64,000 nt of DNA from an uncultured Lachnospiraceae bacterium (GTDB lineage Bacteria; Bacillota; Clostridia; Lachnospirales; Lachnospiraceae), in assembly GCA_902781215.1 (NCBI GenBank), contig CACZIO010000001.1, positions 57,307-121,306 of the forward strand. Direction: 5' to 3'. Every line of letters begins with the position of its first letter. The stretch's first letter is position 1. Below the pieces are notes generated by a model, which saw nothing but the letters and a program-made list of their open reading frames with translations, ran no database searches and was not told where the DNA came from. The position numbers and the translations under genes are program-made. Positions 17,465 to 26,324 of the stretch are shown in pieces.

Positions 17465-18931
17465 ATGAAACCATTTATACGCAAAAAACTTCCGCTGATC
17501 CTGATTGCCGTCCAGGCGCTCCTGATCGCGGGACTGCTGATCTATATTGTACCCGGGCGCTACCAGCTCTATGACATCGTGCTCTATGATGCCTCCGAGT
17601 ATGTTCCCGCCAACCCGCTGACCGGCTATGCACCGGACGCCCTGAAGCCGGACGACTGCGCGAATACGGACCTGGTCTTTGTCACCGTGTCCTTTGCCGA
17701 CTGGGAACCACAGGAGGGAAAATTCGACACAGAAGGGATCACAGAGAAGTATGACCTGGATGAGTACCGTCGGGCGGGCAAGCACGCGGTCATCCGCTTC
17801 GTCTGCGATATTCCGGGTGAGGATGCGCACGCAGACATACCGGACTGGCTGATGGAGCAGACCGGCGACGGCTATGCCTACAAGGATGCCGCGGGCAGGG
17901 GCTATGCGCCCGACTACGCCAGTAAACGCTTTGTACAGGCACACCGGGAGGCCCTGCAGGCCCTGGCGGACTGGTGCAGTCAGGACGCCTTCGTCGCCTA
18001 TGTGGAGGCCGGTTCGCTGGGTATGAACGGCGAGTGGGGCCATGATGCCGAAGGCGCCGCCGTTCCGTCCGCAGAGACCAGACAGCTCTATGCGGAGCAG
18101 TATGAGGAAGCCTTCCCGGAAAAGGGCCGGATCCGCCTTCTCTTCAGCAGCGGTGCAGGCCCGGTGGAGGGACGCGGCAGCTGGGGGGACATGCTCGGCG
18201 ACGGACAGGCTGTCGCAAACTGGAACAGTGCGCTCGGAAACGCATCGTCTGCGCCTGCCGGGGACGGAGCTGACACCTTGGGCAATACTGCGGGTGGAAC
18301 TGATGCAGACAGCAGCAATGCCGCGATGAAGCCGGATGCCGAAAAAAGAAATGATCATGAAGCCGGTGAGCTGTGGATGACATCCCCTGTCGCCGGCGCG
18401 CTGACCGGCACGGTCCCGGTGGACACCCTGCTCATGGAGAACCTGTCCGACACCCTGGACCAGATCCGCAGCAGCCACGTCTCCTTTATCGGCCCCGTCT
18501 GTCCGGATGAGGACCAGCAGCTGACCAACGGCTCTGAGATGATCCTGCGGAATGTCGGCTACTGTATCTATCTCAGCCGCCTGCAGACGACCGTGGATTT
18601 CATCGATGATGACCTGCAGCTGCACATGACTTTCGGCAATATCGGTCAGGCACCCATGTACTGGGACTGGCCGGTCAGCATGTATATCTATGACAGGACC
18701 GGCACCTGCATCCGGGTCCAGACCCTGGACCTGAAGCTGTCGGACCTCCTGCCCGGACAGACCGTGACGGTCACCGGGACCGTCCCCTACAGCAGGTCTC
18801 TGCTGGAGGGCTATACGGTCGGCCTTGCGATCCGGAGCCCGGAGGGCGAGACGGTCACGCTGGCCCAGAAGGGCGTCCTGCCCGACGCAGACGGGATCCA
18901 CCGGATCTACCGCAGCAAAAAGATCCGCTGA
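17465..18931 (+). CDS. Membrane-anchored DUF4832-type putative glycoside hydrolase
   Basis: N-terminal TM; NPLTGYAP, LEPQEG-like WEPQEGKFD, IRFVCDIPG, GMNGEWGH; C-terminal beta domain with FGNIGQAPMYWDWP. Confidence 0.6.
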   Translation: MKPFIRKKLPLILIAVQALLIAGLLIYIVPGRYQLYDIVLYDASEYVPANPLTGYAPDALKPDDCANTDLVFVTVSFADWEPQEGKFDTEGITEKYDLDEYRRAGKHAVIRFVCDIPGEDAHADIPDWLMEQTGDGYAYKDAAGRGYAPDYASKRFVQAHREALQALADWCSQDAFVAYVEAGSLGMNGEWGHDAEGAAVPSAETRQLYAEQYEEAFPEKGRIRLLFSSGAGPVEGRGSWGDMLGDGQAVANWNSALGNASSAPAGDGADTLGNTAGGTDADSSNAAMKPDAEKRNDHEAGELWMTSPVAGALTGTVPVDTLLMENLSDTLDQIRSSHVSFIGPVCPDEDQQLTNGSEMILRNVGYCIYLSRLQTTVDFIDDDLQLHMTFGNIGQAPMYWDWPVSMYIYDRTGTCIRVQTLDLKLSDLLPGQTVTVTGTVPYSRSLLEGYTVGLAIRSPEGETVTLAQKGVLPDADGIHRIYRSKKIR

Positions 18932-18993
18932 TCGGGGATAAGGCATTGTCCGTCGACCGGAAAAAGATTTGTCCGCTGCCAGGAAAAATTTTC

Positions 18994-19022
18994 TTGCGCA
19001 TCGGTCCAAAGTGTGGTATGTT
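18994..19022 (+). promoter_or_regulatory. Sigma-A promoter for rplS (extended -10)
   Basis: TTGCGC-17 nt-TATGTT preceded by TGG. Confidence 0.65.
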
Positions 19023-19075
19023 ACTCTCGTTGTGTAACTTTTTTGCGGCATAAGCCGCGGTTTCAGTTCACTTAA

Positions 19076-19216
19076 GACGGTCCTCTGCCATACAGACCGG
19101 ACGGGCGATCCACTGCTTATGTGGAGACAGTACAATGCCCGTTTACCGGTTGTCTGATTCAGAGTGGGGAGAGCGCACAGCCTGCGCGGCGTCCCGTATA
19201 TAGAGGCAAGAACGTC
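19076..19216 (+). promoter_or_regulatory. L19 leader-like RNA with expanded apical insertion
   Basis: gacggtc-ctct-gcc (19076-19089) pairs with ggc-aa-gaacgtc (19205-19216) just before the rplS RBS, the layout of the Firmicutes L19 leader. Confidence 0.6.
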
Positions 19217-19237
19217 CGGCGTGGAAAGGAGATCATT

Positions 19238-19600
19238 ATGAATTTCGAAATCATCAAAGAGCTGGAGAAAGAGCAGCTGAAGAAGGAAGTTCCTCAGTTC
19301 GCGACCGGCGACACTGTCCGTGTCCACAACCGCATCAAGGAAGGTACCCGTGAAAGAGTACAGATCTTTGAGGGCACTGTGATCAAGATCCAGGGCGGCG
19401 GCGCAAGAACGACCTTCACGGTCCGCAAGATTTCCAACGGTATCGGCGTGGAGAAGACCTGGCCCATCCACTCCCCCAACGTGGAGAACGTCGAAGTTGT
19501 CCGCAGAGGTAAAGTCAGAAGGGCGAAACTGTTCTATCTGCGCGGCCTGAGCGGCAAGAAGGCAAAGGTCAAGGCGAGACTGGACGACCGCAAAAAGTGA
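19238..19600 (+). CDS. rplS: 50S ribosomal protein L19
   Basis: [37 protein letters not shown]; GAAAGGAG RBS. Confidence 0.98.
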   Translation: MNFEIIKELEKEQLKKEVPQFATGDTVRVHNRIKEGTRERVQIFEGTVIKIQGGGARTTFTVRKISNGIGVEKTWPIHSPNVENVEVVRRGKVRRAKLFYLRGLSGKKAKVKARLDDRKK

Positions 19601-19688
19601 TTATCTCTCAGAGGTCATCTGGCGGGGCGGTCTCCGGACTTTTCCCCGATAATACTTCGGGAGCTTTTTCGAGCAATGGTCACCATGG

Positions 19689-19722
19689 GAGTGCTGTGCC
19701 GGTTCGGTGCGGCACTCTTTTT
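19689..19722 (+). terminator. Intrinsic terminator after rplS
   Basis: gagtgctgtgcc/ggtgcggcactc stem followed by ttttt. Confidence 0.8.
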
Positions 19723-19863
19723 CTATAAAATAATCTGAACAGGAAATGGCCGGAGGGTATGCCCGGCAGCCCTTCCGACCGCACCTGACTCCTCCCGGAA
19801 AGGAAATGACGGCGGGCAGGTGCTGCCGGCGCAGAAGGCATACGGTATGACATGGAGGTTTGA

Positions 19864-21171
19864 ATGGACGTACAGTGGTATCCGGGACATATGACAAAGG
19901 CCAGGCGGATGATGGAGGAAAATATCCGCCTGGTGGATCTGGTGATCGAACTGGTGGATGCGCGGATCCCCATGAGCAGCCGCAATCCTGACATCGATGC
20001 CCTCTGCAGCGGGAAGGGCCGCGTGGTCCTGCTGTGCAAGGCGGACCTGGCGGATCCTGCGAGGACAGAGGCCTATCTGGACTTTTTCCGGGAGCGGGGC
20101 TTTCTGGCAGTGGCGGCCGATGCCCGCGAGAAGAAGGCGGGAGAGGTCGTCCGCCGGTATGTGCAGGAGGCCTGCAGGGAGAAGATCGCCCGCGACAAGG
20201 CGCGCGGGATCGTCGGCAGGCCCCTCCGGGCCATGGTCGCCGGGATCCCCAACGTCGGTAAATCGACCTTTATCAATTCCTTTGCGGGCCGGGCCAGTAC
20301 CAAGACAGGCAACAAGCCCGGCGTCACGCGGGGCAAGCAGTGGATCCGGCTGGGGGGCGGCGTGGAGCTTCTGGACACACCCGGCATCCTGTGGCCCAAG
20401 TTCGATGATCAGGCCATCGGCATGCGCCTGGCCCTGGTCGGCGCCATCCGGGACGAGGTCCTGGACCGCCAGGAGCTGGCACTCTGGCTCCTGCGCTGGC
20501 TGGAGGCAGAATATCCCGGCGTCGTGCGCGACAAATACCTGACGGGCAGAGCGCAGGGAGATGATGTCACCGGACCGGAGGAGGGAGAAAACCTGCCGGG
20601 CGGGGACGGTGAAGATACTGCGGGCGCCGATGACATGCCTGCGGATGCCGGCGGTATTTCCGGCGCTTACGACATGCCCGCGGAATATGAACGCCTCCTG
20701 GAGATCGCAAGGGCCAGGCGCCTGTTGCGGAAGGGCGGTGAGCCCGACGCGGAGCGGGCGGCGGCCATGCTGATCGACGACTGCAGGAACGGCCGGATCG
20801 GCCGCGTCTCCCTGGAGCGGCCGCAGGACGCAGCCGCCATGCTGGAGGCGGCACAGAAGGCGCCCGCTGCGGAAAAAGAGACCCGCAGAGCTCCGGGGAA
20901 GCCCCGCGTATCCGGCAAGAAGACCGGCCCGGGTCCCGGGGCAGGCGGCGGAGCAGGCAGAGAAAACGCATCGCCGGACCGGGGAAGGCCGGGCAGGCAG
21001 GGAAGCGGCAGAGGACCCGCCGGTGGCTCCCGGAAGGGCGGTCAGGACCGGAGACGGGAGAGCGGGGGCAGGACCGGCACCGGAAAAGGTTCGCCGGAAC
21101 AGGGACGTCAGAACCGGACCGGCCGCGGCAGGGCGTCATCTGACAGAAACACGGGCAGGAGAAAGAAATGA
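19864..21171 (+). CDS. rbgA: Ribosome biogenesis GTPase RbgA/YlqF with internal insertion and long basic tail
   Basis: QWYPGHMTKA, DARIPMSSRNP, GIPNVGKST, GNKPGVT, DTPGILWP. Confidence 0.95.
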   Translation: MDVQWYPGHMTKARRMMEENIRLVDLVIELVDARIPMSSRNPDIDALCSGKGRVVLLCKADLADPARTEAYLDFFRERGFLAVAADAREKKAGEVVRRYVQEACREKIARDKARGIVGRPLRAMVAGIPNVGKSTFINSFAGRASTKTGNKPGVTRGKQWIRLGGGVELLDTPGILWPKFDDQAIGMRLALVGAIRDEVLDRQELALWLLRWLEAEYPGVVRDKYLTGRAQGDDVTGPEEGENLPGGDGEDTAGADDMPADAGGISGAYDMPAEYERLLEIARARRLLRKGGEPDAERAAAMLIDDCRNGRIGRVSLERPQDAAAMLEAAQKAPAAEKETRRAPGKPRVSGKKTGPGPGAGGGAGRENASPDRGRPGRQGSGRGPAGGSRKGGQDRRRESGGRTGTGKGSPEQGRQNRTGRGRASSDRNTGRRKK

Positions 21172-22322
21172 CAAAGGCAGAGATCGCGAAGGAGAAGAAG
21201 GAGGCCCGCATGCGGGCGGAACTCGAGCGCGTACAGCAGCTGCGGCTGTTTGAGCAGGAGGCGGTGCGCCGGGCGGGCGGACATGGTCCGGTCTGCGGGA
21301 TCGACGAAGCCGGCCGGGGGCCCCTGGCGGGTCCGGTCGCCGCTGCGGCGGTCATCCTCCCGGAAGACCTGGTCCTGCCTTATCTCAATGACTCCAAAAA
21401 GGTCACGGAGAAGCGCAGGGAGGTCCTCTATGACCAGATCCGCGAACAGGCCCTGGCCTGGGCAGTCGTCATGGTACCCCCCGACAGGATCGATGAGATC
21501 AATATTCTCCAGGCGACCTATGAAGCCATGCGGGGCGCCGTCCGTCAGCTCTCTGTCCGGCCCGGGGTCCTGGTCAATGACGCGGTCACGATCCCGGGGA
21601 TCGATATCCTGCAGGTTCCTGTGATCAAGGGGGACGCGCACTGCATCTCGATCGCGGCTGCCAGTATTCTGGCCAAGGTCACCAGGGACAGATATATGAA
21701 GGAAATGGACGCGAAATATCCCGCCTATGGCTTTGCCGGCCACAAGGGCTACGGAACAAAGGCCCACTGCCAGGCTATTCTGGAATACGGCCCCAGCCCC
21801 ATCCACCGCATGAGCTTTCTGGGAAAGATCCTGGAGGGAAGTCCCTGGCAGGACCGGCTCCGCGGAGCGGGACAGATGCAGGCGGGTGCAGAGTCTTTCC
21901 AGAACATGGAGGGACCCTGCCGGACTACAGGAGAGCCTGCGGAAGCCGGATTCCGCAGCCCGCAGATTCCGGACAGAAAGAGTACAGGCCGGATGGGAGA
22001 GGACGCTGCGGCGCGGTACCTGGCGCAGCATGGCGTGCGGATCCTGGCCCGCAATTTTCACGACCGGGACGGAGAGATCGACCTGATCGGCGAAGACGAC
22101 GGGATCCTGGTCTTCTTTGAAGTCAAGGCCCGGCGGAATCTGCAGTGCGGGGACCCGGCGGAGGCCGTCACCCCGGCCAAGCAGCAGAGCATATGCAGGA
22201 CCGCCCTCTATTATCTGCACAGGACCGGCCGGGACCTGCAGCGGCCCATGCGCTTTGACGTCGTCTGTGTGACGGAAGAGGGAATCCGCTGGATCCGGGA
22301 CGCCTTCCCCTTCCGGTCATGA
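21168..22322 (+). CDS. rnhB: Ribonuclease HII fused in frame to a YraN (UPF0102) PD-(D/E)xK nuclease-like domain
   Basis: GIDEAGRGPLAGPV, LNDSKK, VNDA, IAAASILAKVTRD, HKGYGT; then GRMGEDAA, GEIDLI, FFEVKAR and RFDV of YraN. Confidence 0.93.
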   Translation: MTKAEIAKEKKEARMRAELERVQQLRLFEQEAVRRAGGHGPVCGIDEAGRGPLAGPVAAAAVILPEDLVLPYLNDSKKVTEKRREVLYDQIREQALAWAVVMVPPDRIDEINILQATYEAMRGAVRQLSVRPGVLVNDAVTIPGIDILQVPVIKGDAHCISIAAASILAKVTRDRYMKEMDAKYPAYGFAGHKGYGTKAHCQAILEYGPSPIHRMSFLGKILEGSPWQDRLRGAGQMQAGAESFQNMEGPCRTTGEPAEAGFRSPQIPDRKSTGRMGEDAAARYLAQHGVRILARNFHDRDGEIDLIGEDDGILVFFEVKARRNLQCGDPAEAVTPAKQQSICRTALYYLHRTGRDLQRPMRFDVVCVTEEGIRWIRDAFPFRS

Positions 22323-22426
22323 CCGGCACAGTCCGGGACACTTTTCGCGTCCTGGAGCGGGTATGTTCAGATTCCCGCTTACTGTAACGGGGACGGGCAT
22401 GTATGTTTTTTTATGCCTGTAAGACC

Positions 22427-22455
22427 TTGCGATTTCACATTGATGCCGTTATGAT
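22427..22455 (+). promoter_or_regulatory. Sigma-A promoter for prs
   Basis: TTGCGA-17 nt-TATGAT. Confidence 0.6.
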
Positions 22456-22537
22456 AAGGGCATCAGCACTACCACAGTAAAAAACGATCAGCACACCGGA
22501 ATGATCCGGCCTGCCACAGAGCAGAAGAGGAGAATAC

Positions 22538-23767
22538 ATGCCTTCAGGGACATCACTTTACAAGCAGTTAGACAGAAGCATGCCGCTGGCCCCGCTCGCC
22601 ATTGTCGCCCTCCCGTCCGCACAGGATCTGGGAGAGAAGATCAGCAGCTATATTTCCGCGTTTCGCCGGGAGACTGCGGACGGAAACGAATCCCTCGCCT
22701 ATCATGAAGACTACTGCAGGGACAGCTATCTGGCGGACGTTCTTCTGGAGCGTTTCCCCAGCGGTGAAGGACGGGCTGTCCTGCAGGAATCCCTGCGCGG
22801 AAAGGACGTCTTCCTCCTGGTGGACGTCATGAACTGGACCGTGACCTACCGGATCAACAGCTATGAAAACCACATGTCTCCGGATGACCACTATCAGGAC
22901 CTCAAGCGCGTAATCTCCGCCATCCAGGGCAAGGCGCGCAGGCTGACCGTCATCATGCCCTTCCTCTACGAGGGACGCCAGCACCACCGGAGCGGGCGGG
23001 AATCTCTCGACGCGGCCCTGATGCTCAAGGAGCTCATGGACCTGGGTGTCGATAATTTCATCACCTTTGACGCCCATGACCCCCGCATTGCCAGCGTTGC
23101 CCCTCTGGGAAATTTCGACAATTTCGTGTCGCCCTACCAGTTCCTGGAGGCCCTGCTGAATACTGTCGACGACCTGCAGGTGGACAAGGACCATGTCGTG
23201 GTCATCAGCCCGGACGAGGGCGCGCTGGACAGGACCGTCTATTTCGCCAACGTCATCGGGGCGGACACGGGCATGTTCTACAAGCGCCGCGATTACTCCA
23301 GGATTGTCAACGGCAAGAACCCCATCGTCGCCCACGAGTTCCTGGGCACCAACCTGGCCGGCAAGGACGCCATCATCATCGACGACATGATCTCCTCCGG
23401 CGGCAGCATGCTGGACACCTCCCGCCAGCTCAAGGAGCACATGCACGCGGGCCGTGTCTTTATCTGCACGACCTTCGGCCTGTTCACGGACGGCCTCGAG
23501 GCCTTTGACAAGGCCTATGAAGAGGGCTGGTTTGACAAGGTCGTCTGCACCAACCTGACCTATCTGCCCCAGGAGCTGCTTGACAGGCCCTATTTCGCCG
23601 TCGCGGACATGAGCAAGTATGTCGCCACGATCATCGACTACTTCAACCACGATGCGTCCATCTCCAATATGAAGGTCGCGACGGACAAGATCCACGCCCT
23701 TCTGACCGAGTACAACCGCAGGGAGAAAAAGGCCCTGCAGGACAGCGGCTTCATTGAAGAGGACTGA
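22538..23767 (+). CDS. prs: Ribose-phosphate pyrophosphokinase (long clostridial type)
   Basis: RFPSGEG, MPFLYEGRQH, ISPDEG, IIIDDMISSGGS PRPP-binding loop. Confidence 0.93.
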   Translation: MPSGTSLYKQLDRSMPLAPLAIVALPSAQDLGEKISSYISAFRRETADGNESLAYHEDYCRDSYLADVLLERFPSGEGRAVLQESLRGKDVFLLVDVMNWTVTYRINSYENHMSPDDHYQDLKRVISAIQGKARRLTVIMPFLYEGRQHHRSGRESLDAALMLKELMDLGVDNFITFDAHDPRIASVAPLGNFDNFVSPYQFLEALLNTVDDLQVDKDHVVVISPDEGALDRTVYFANVIGADTGMFYKRRDYSRIVNGKNPIVAHEFLGTNLAGKDAIIIDDMISSGGSMLDTSRQLKEHMHAGRVFICTTFGLFTDGLEAFDKAYEEGWFDKVVCTNLTYLPQELLDRPYFAVADMSKYVATIIDYFNHDASISNMKVATDKIHALLTEYNRREKKALQDSGFIEED

Positions 23768-23892
23768 CCATAACAGTCCACCCAAATCTGTAATTCGGGT
23801 TTTTGCGTAGGTTCCCATACAAAAACCGGGTTAGATGACGGATCCACTTCGAGGGAACCGGTCTTTCAGAGAATACTCGGGATCATCATCTG

Positions 23893-23928
23893 CGTGCCGG
23901 CCGCTTCCACAGAGGCCGGCACGTTTTT
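23893..23928 (+). terminator. Intrinsic terminator downstream of prs
   Basis: cgtgccggcc/ggccggcacg 10-bp stem followed by ttttt. Confidence 0.75.
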
Positions 23929-23933
23929 CGGTA

Positions 23934-23962
23934 TTGCGCCGCAGAACTTTCTCGGATACAAT
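23934..23962 (+). promoter_or_regulatory. Sigma-A promoter for der-plsY
   Basis: TTGCGC-17 nt-TACAAT. Confidence 0.65.
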
Positions 23963-24069
23963 GAAAAGAACGTCTTTCAGACCGGACCGCCCGCCCGGGC
24001 GGCACGCGGAGTAAATCATCCGGCATGGCCCGGTCGTTTGCTCTGATTGCAGAAAGGAACAGATTATAC

Positions 24070-25407
24070 ATGGCAAAACGTAAAAGAAAACCGATCGTCG
24101 CCGTCGTCGGCCGTCCGAATGTGGGAAAATCGACCCTCTTCAACGCGCTGGCCGGCAGGAGGATCTCGATCGTTGAGGATACGCCCGGCGTCACGCGGGA
24201 CCGGATCTATGCCGACTGCAGCTGGCTGGACAGGGACTTTACCCTGATCGATACGGGCGGCATCGAGCCGGATTCCAAAGATATCATTCTGTCCCAGATG
24301 CGGGAGCAGGCCCAGCTGGCCATTGATATGGCGGATGTGATCCTTTTCCTTGTGGACCGGTCGACCGGCATGGTGGACACGGACAACAAGGTGGCCGATA
24401 TGCTGCGCAGGTCCGCGAAGCCGGTCATCCTGGTGGTCAACAAGGTGGACAGTCCGGCCAAAATGATGGCCGACATCTATGAGTTCTACAATCTCGGGAT
24501 CGGCGATCCCTGGCCAATCTCCAGCGCCAACCGGACAGGTCTGGGCGATATGCTCGATGAGATGGTGAAATACTTCCCCGAGGATTCGGACATGGAGGAG
24601 GAGGACGACGCGGTCCGCGTCGCCATCGTCGGCAAACCCAACGTCGGCAAGTCCTCCATTATCAACCGTCTGATCGGCAATAACCGCGTCATCGTCTCCG
24701 ATATCGCGGGGACCACACGCGACGCGATCGACACCAGGATCACCTACCACGGCAGGGAATATGTCTTTATCGACACGGCCGGCATCCGGCGGCGCAACAA
24801 GATCAAGGGGAACCTGGAGCACTACATGATCGCGCGCAGTGTCGGCGCCGTCGAGCGTGCGGACATCACCATCCTGGTCATCGATGCCTCCGAGGGCGTG
24901 ACCGAGCAGGATGCCAAGATCGCCGGCATCGCCCACGACCGCGGCAAGGCGGTCATCATCGCGGTCAACAAGTGGGACCTGGTCGAGAAGGACAACCACA
25001 CGGTCAAAGAGTTTACGGACAAGGTCCGCCAGATCCTGTCCTTTTTGAACTACGCGGAGATCATGTTCATTTCCGCGGAGACCGGACAGCGCCTGATCAA
25101 GCTCTACGACATGATCGACATGGTCCACGACAATCAGAACCTGCGGATCCAGACCGGTGTCCTCAACGAGATCATCGCCGAGGCCTGCATCATGCAGCAG
25201 CCGCCCTCGGACAAGGGCCGGTCCCTGCGGATCTACTACGGGACCCAGGCAGGCGTGTGCCCGCCGACCTTTGTCCTCTTCGTCAATGACAAAAAGCTGA
25301 TGCATTTTTCCTATCAGCGCTATATCGAGAACCGGATCCGGGACGCCTTCGGCTTTAAGGGGACGCCCCTGCGCTTTGTGATCCGTGAGAGAACTGAGAA
25401 AAAATAA
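24070..25407 (+). CDS. der: Ribosome biogenesis GTPase Der (EngA)
   Basis: Two G domains (GRPNVGKST/DTGG and GKPNVGKSS/DTAG) plus C-terminal KH-like domain. Confidence 0.98.
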   Translation: MAKRKRKPIVAVVGRPNVGKSTLFNALAGRRISIVEDTPGVTRDRIYADCSWLDRDFTLIDTGGIEPDSKDIILSQMREQAQLAIDMADVILFLVDRSTGMVDTDNKVADMLRRSAKPVILVVNKVDSPAKMMADIYEFYNLGIGDPWPISSANRTGLGDMLDEMVKYFPEDSDMEEEDDAVRVAIVGKPNVGKSSIINRLIGNNRVIVSDIAGTTRDAIDTRITYHGREYVFIDTAGIRRRNKIKGNLEHYMIARSVGAVERADITILVIDASEGVTEQDAKIAGIAHDRGKAVIIAVNKWDLVEKDNHTVKEFTDKVRQILSFLNYAEIMFISAETGQRLIKLYDMIDMVHDNQNLRIQTGVLNEIIAEACIMQQPPSDKGRSLRIYYGTQAGVCPPTFVLFVNDKKLMHFSYQRYIENRIRDAFGFKGTPLRFVIRERTEKK

Positions 25408-25461
25408 GGAACCGGACAGATGGATGCCGGCTCCGGTTTCTGTTCCAGCAGGAGGTGTGTA

Positions 25462-26142
25462 ATGAATCAGCTCATTGTTTTACGGTTCGTATGTCTTGCG
25501 ATCGGATATGCCTTCGGCCTGTTTCAGACCGCCTATATTATCGGTAAGAGCAAGGGCATCGATATCCGCGAGCACGGAAGCGGCAATGCCGGGACGACCA
25601 ACGCCATGCGGATCCTGGGGACCAGGGCGGGCCTCACCGTCTTCCTGGGAGACATGCTCAAGAGCCTGTTCGCCCTGCTGCTGGTCGGTCTTCTCTTCGG
25701 ACATTCCCATCCGGAGGCGGTCTATCTGCTCAAGGTCTGGACCTTTGCCGGCGTCGTCCTGGGACATGACTATCCCTTCTACATGAATTTCAAGGGAGGC
25801 AAGGGCGTCGCGGTCGTGGCCGGCTTTATTTTTGGTTTCCACTGGTCCTTTATCCCCACCGGGATCCTGCTCTTCTTTGTCCCCTACCTGACGACCAAAT
25901 ACGTTTCGCTGGGATCCCTGCTCCTATATCTGGGAACCTTTATCCAGCTGGTCATCGAGGGCTGTATGGGCATGTTCGGGGATCTCGGCCCCATGCTGCC
26001 CGAGATCATCGTCATCCAGGGAATCCTGACCTTCATGGCCTGGTACAGGCACCGGGAGAACATTGGGCGGCTCCTGGCCGGCAAGGAGCGGAAAACATAT
26101 ATTTTCAAGCGCAATTCCGAGCAGCTTGACCTGAAAAAATAA
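25462..26142 (+). CDS. plsY: Glycerol-3-phosphate acyltransferase PlsY
   Basis: DIREHGSGNAGTTN, GHDYPFY...FKGGKGVA, HRENIGRL. Confidence 0.95.
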   Translation: MNQLIVLRFVCLAIGYAFGLFQTAYIIGKSKGIDIREHGSGNAGTTNAMRILGTRAGLTVFLGDMLKSLFALLLVGLLFGHSHPEAVYLLKVWTFAGVVLGHDYPFYMNFKGGKGVAVVAGFIFGFHWSFIPTGILLFFVPYLTTKYVSLGSLLLYLGTFIQLVIEGCMGMFGDLGPMLPEIIVIQGILTFMAWYRHRENIGRLLAGKERKTYIFKRNSEQLDLKK

Positions 26143-26324
26143 ATCGCGGGTTTAAGCGCGGCAGGTGCGCCCTGCGTGTCCGGGTGCTCAGGGGTACAGC
26201 GAACGCTGTCTGAGGAACGGGGATAATTGAGACTTTTTTCTGAAAAGATTTGTCAAACAGACCGTTCACAATGACATCCGGTCCCACAGACCCGATCAGA
26301 ACCATCTACAGGAGGAAAAAACAC

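Noticed and set aside
8581-18931. pel block as an active mobile element
   Set aside because: No integrase, transposase, relaxase or flanking repeats, and no obvious compositional break by eye
17267-19471. 734-aa minus-strand ORF
   Set aside because: Antisense shadow of the DUF4832-like gene and rplS; no recognisable motifs; high GC3 codon use removes stops on the opposite strand
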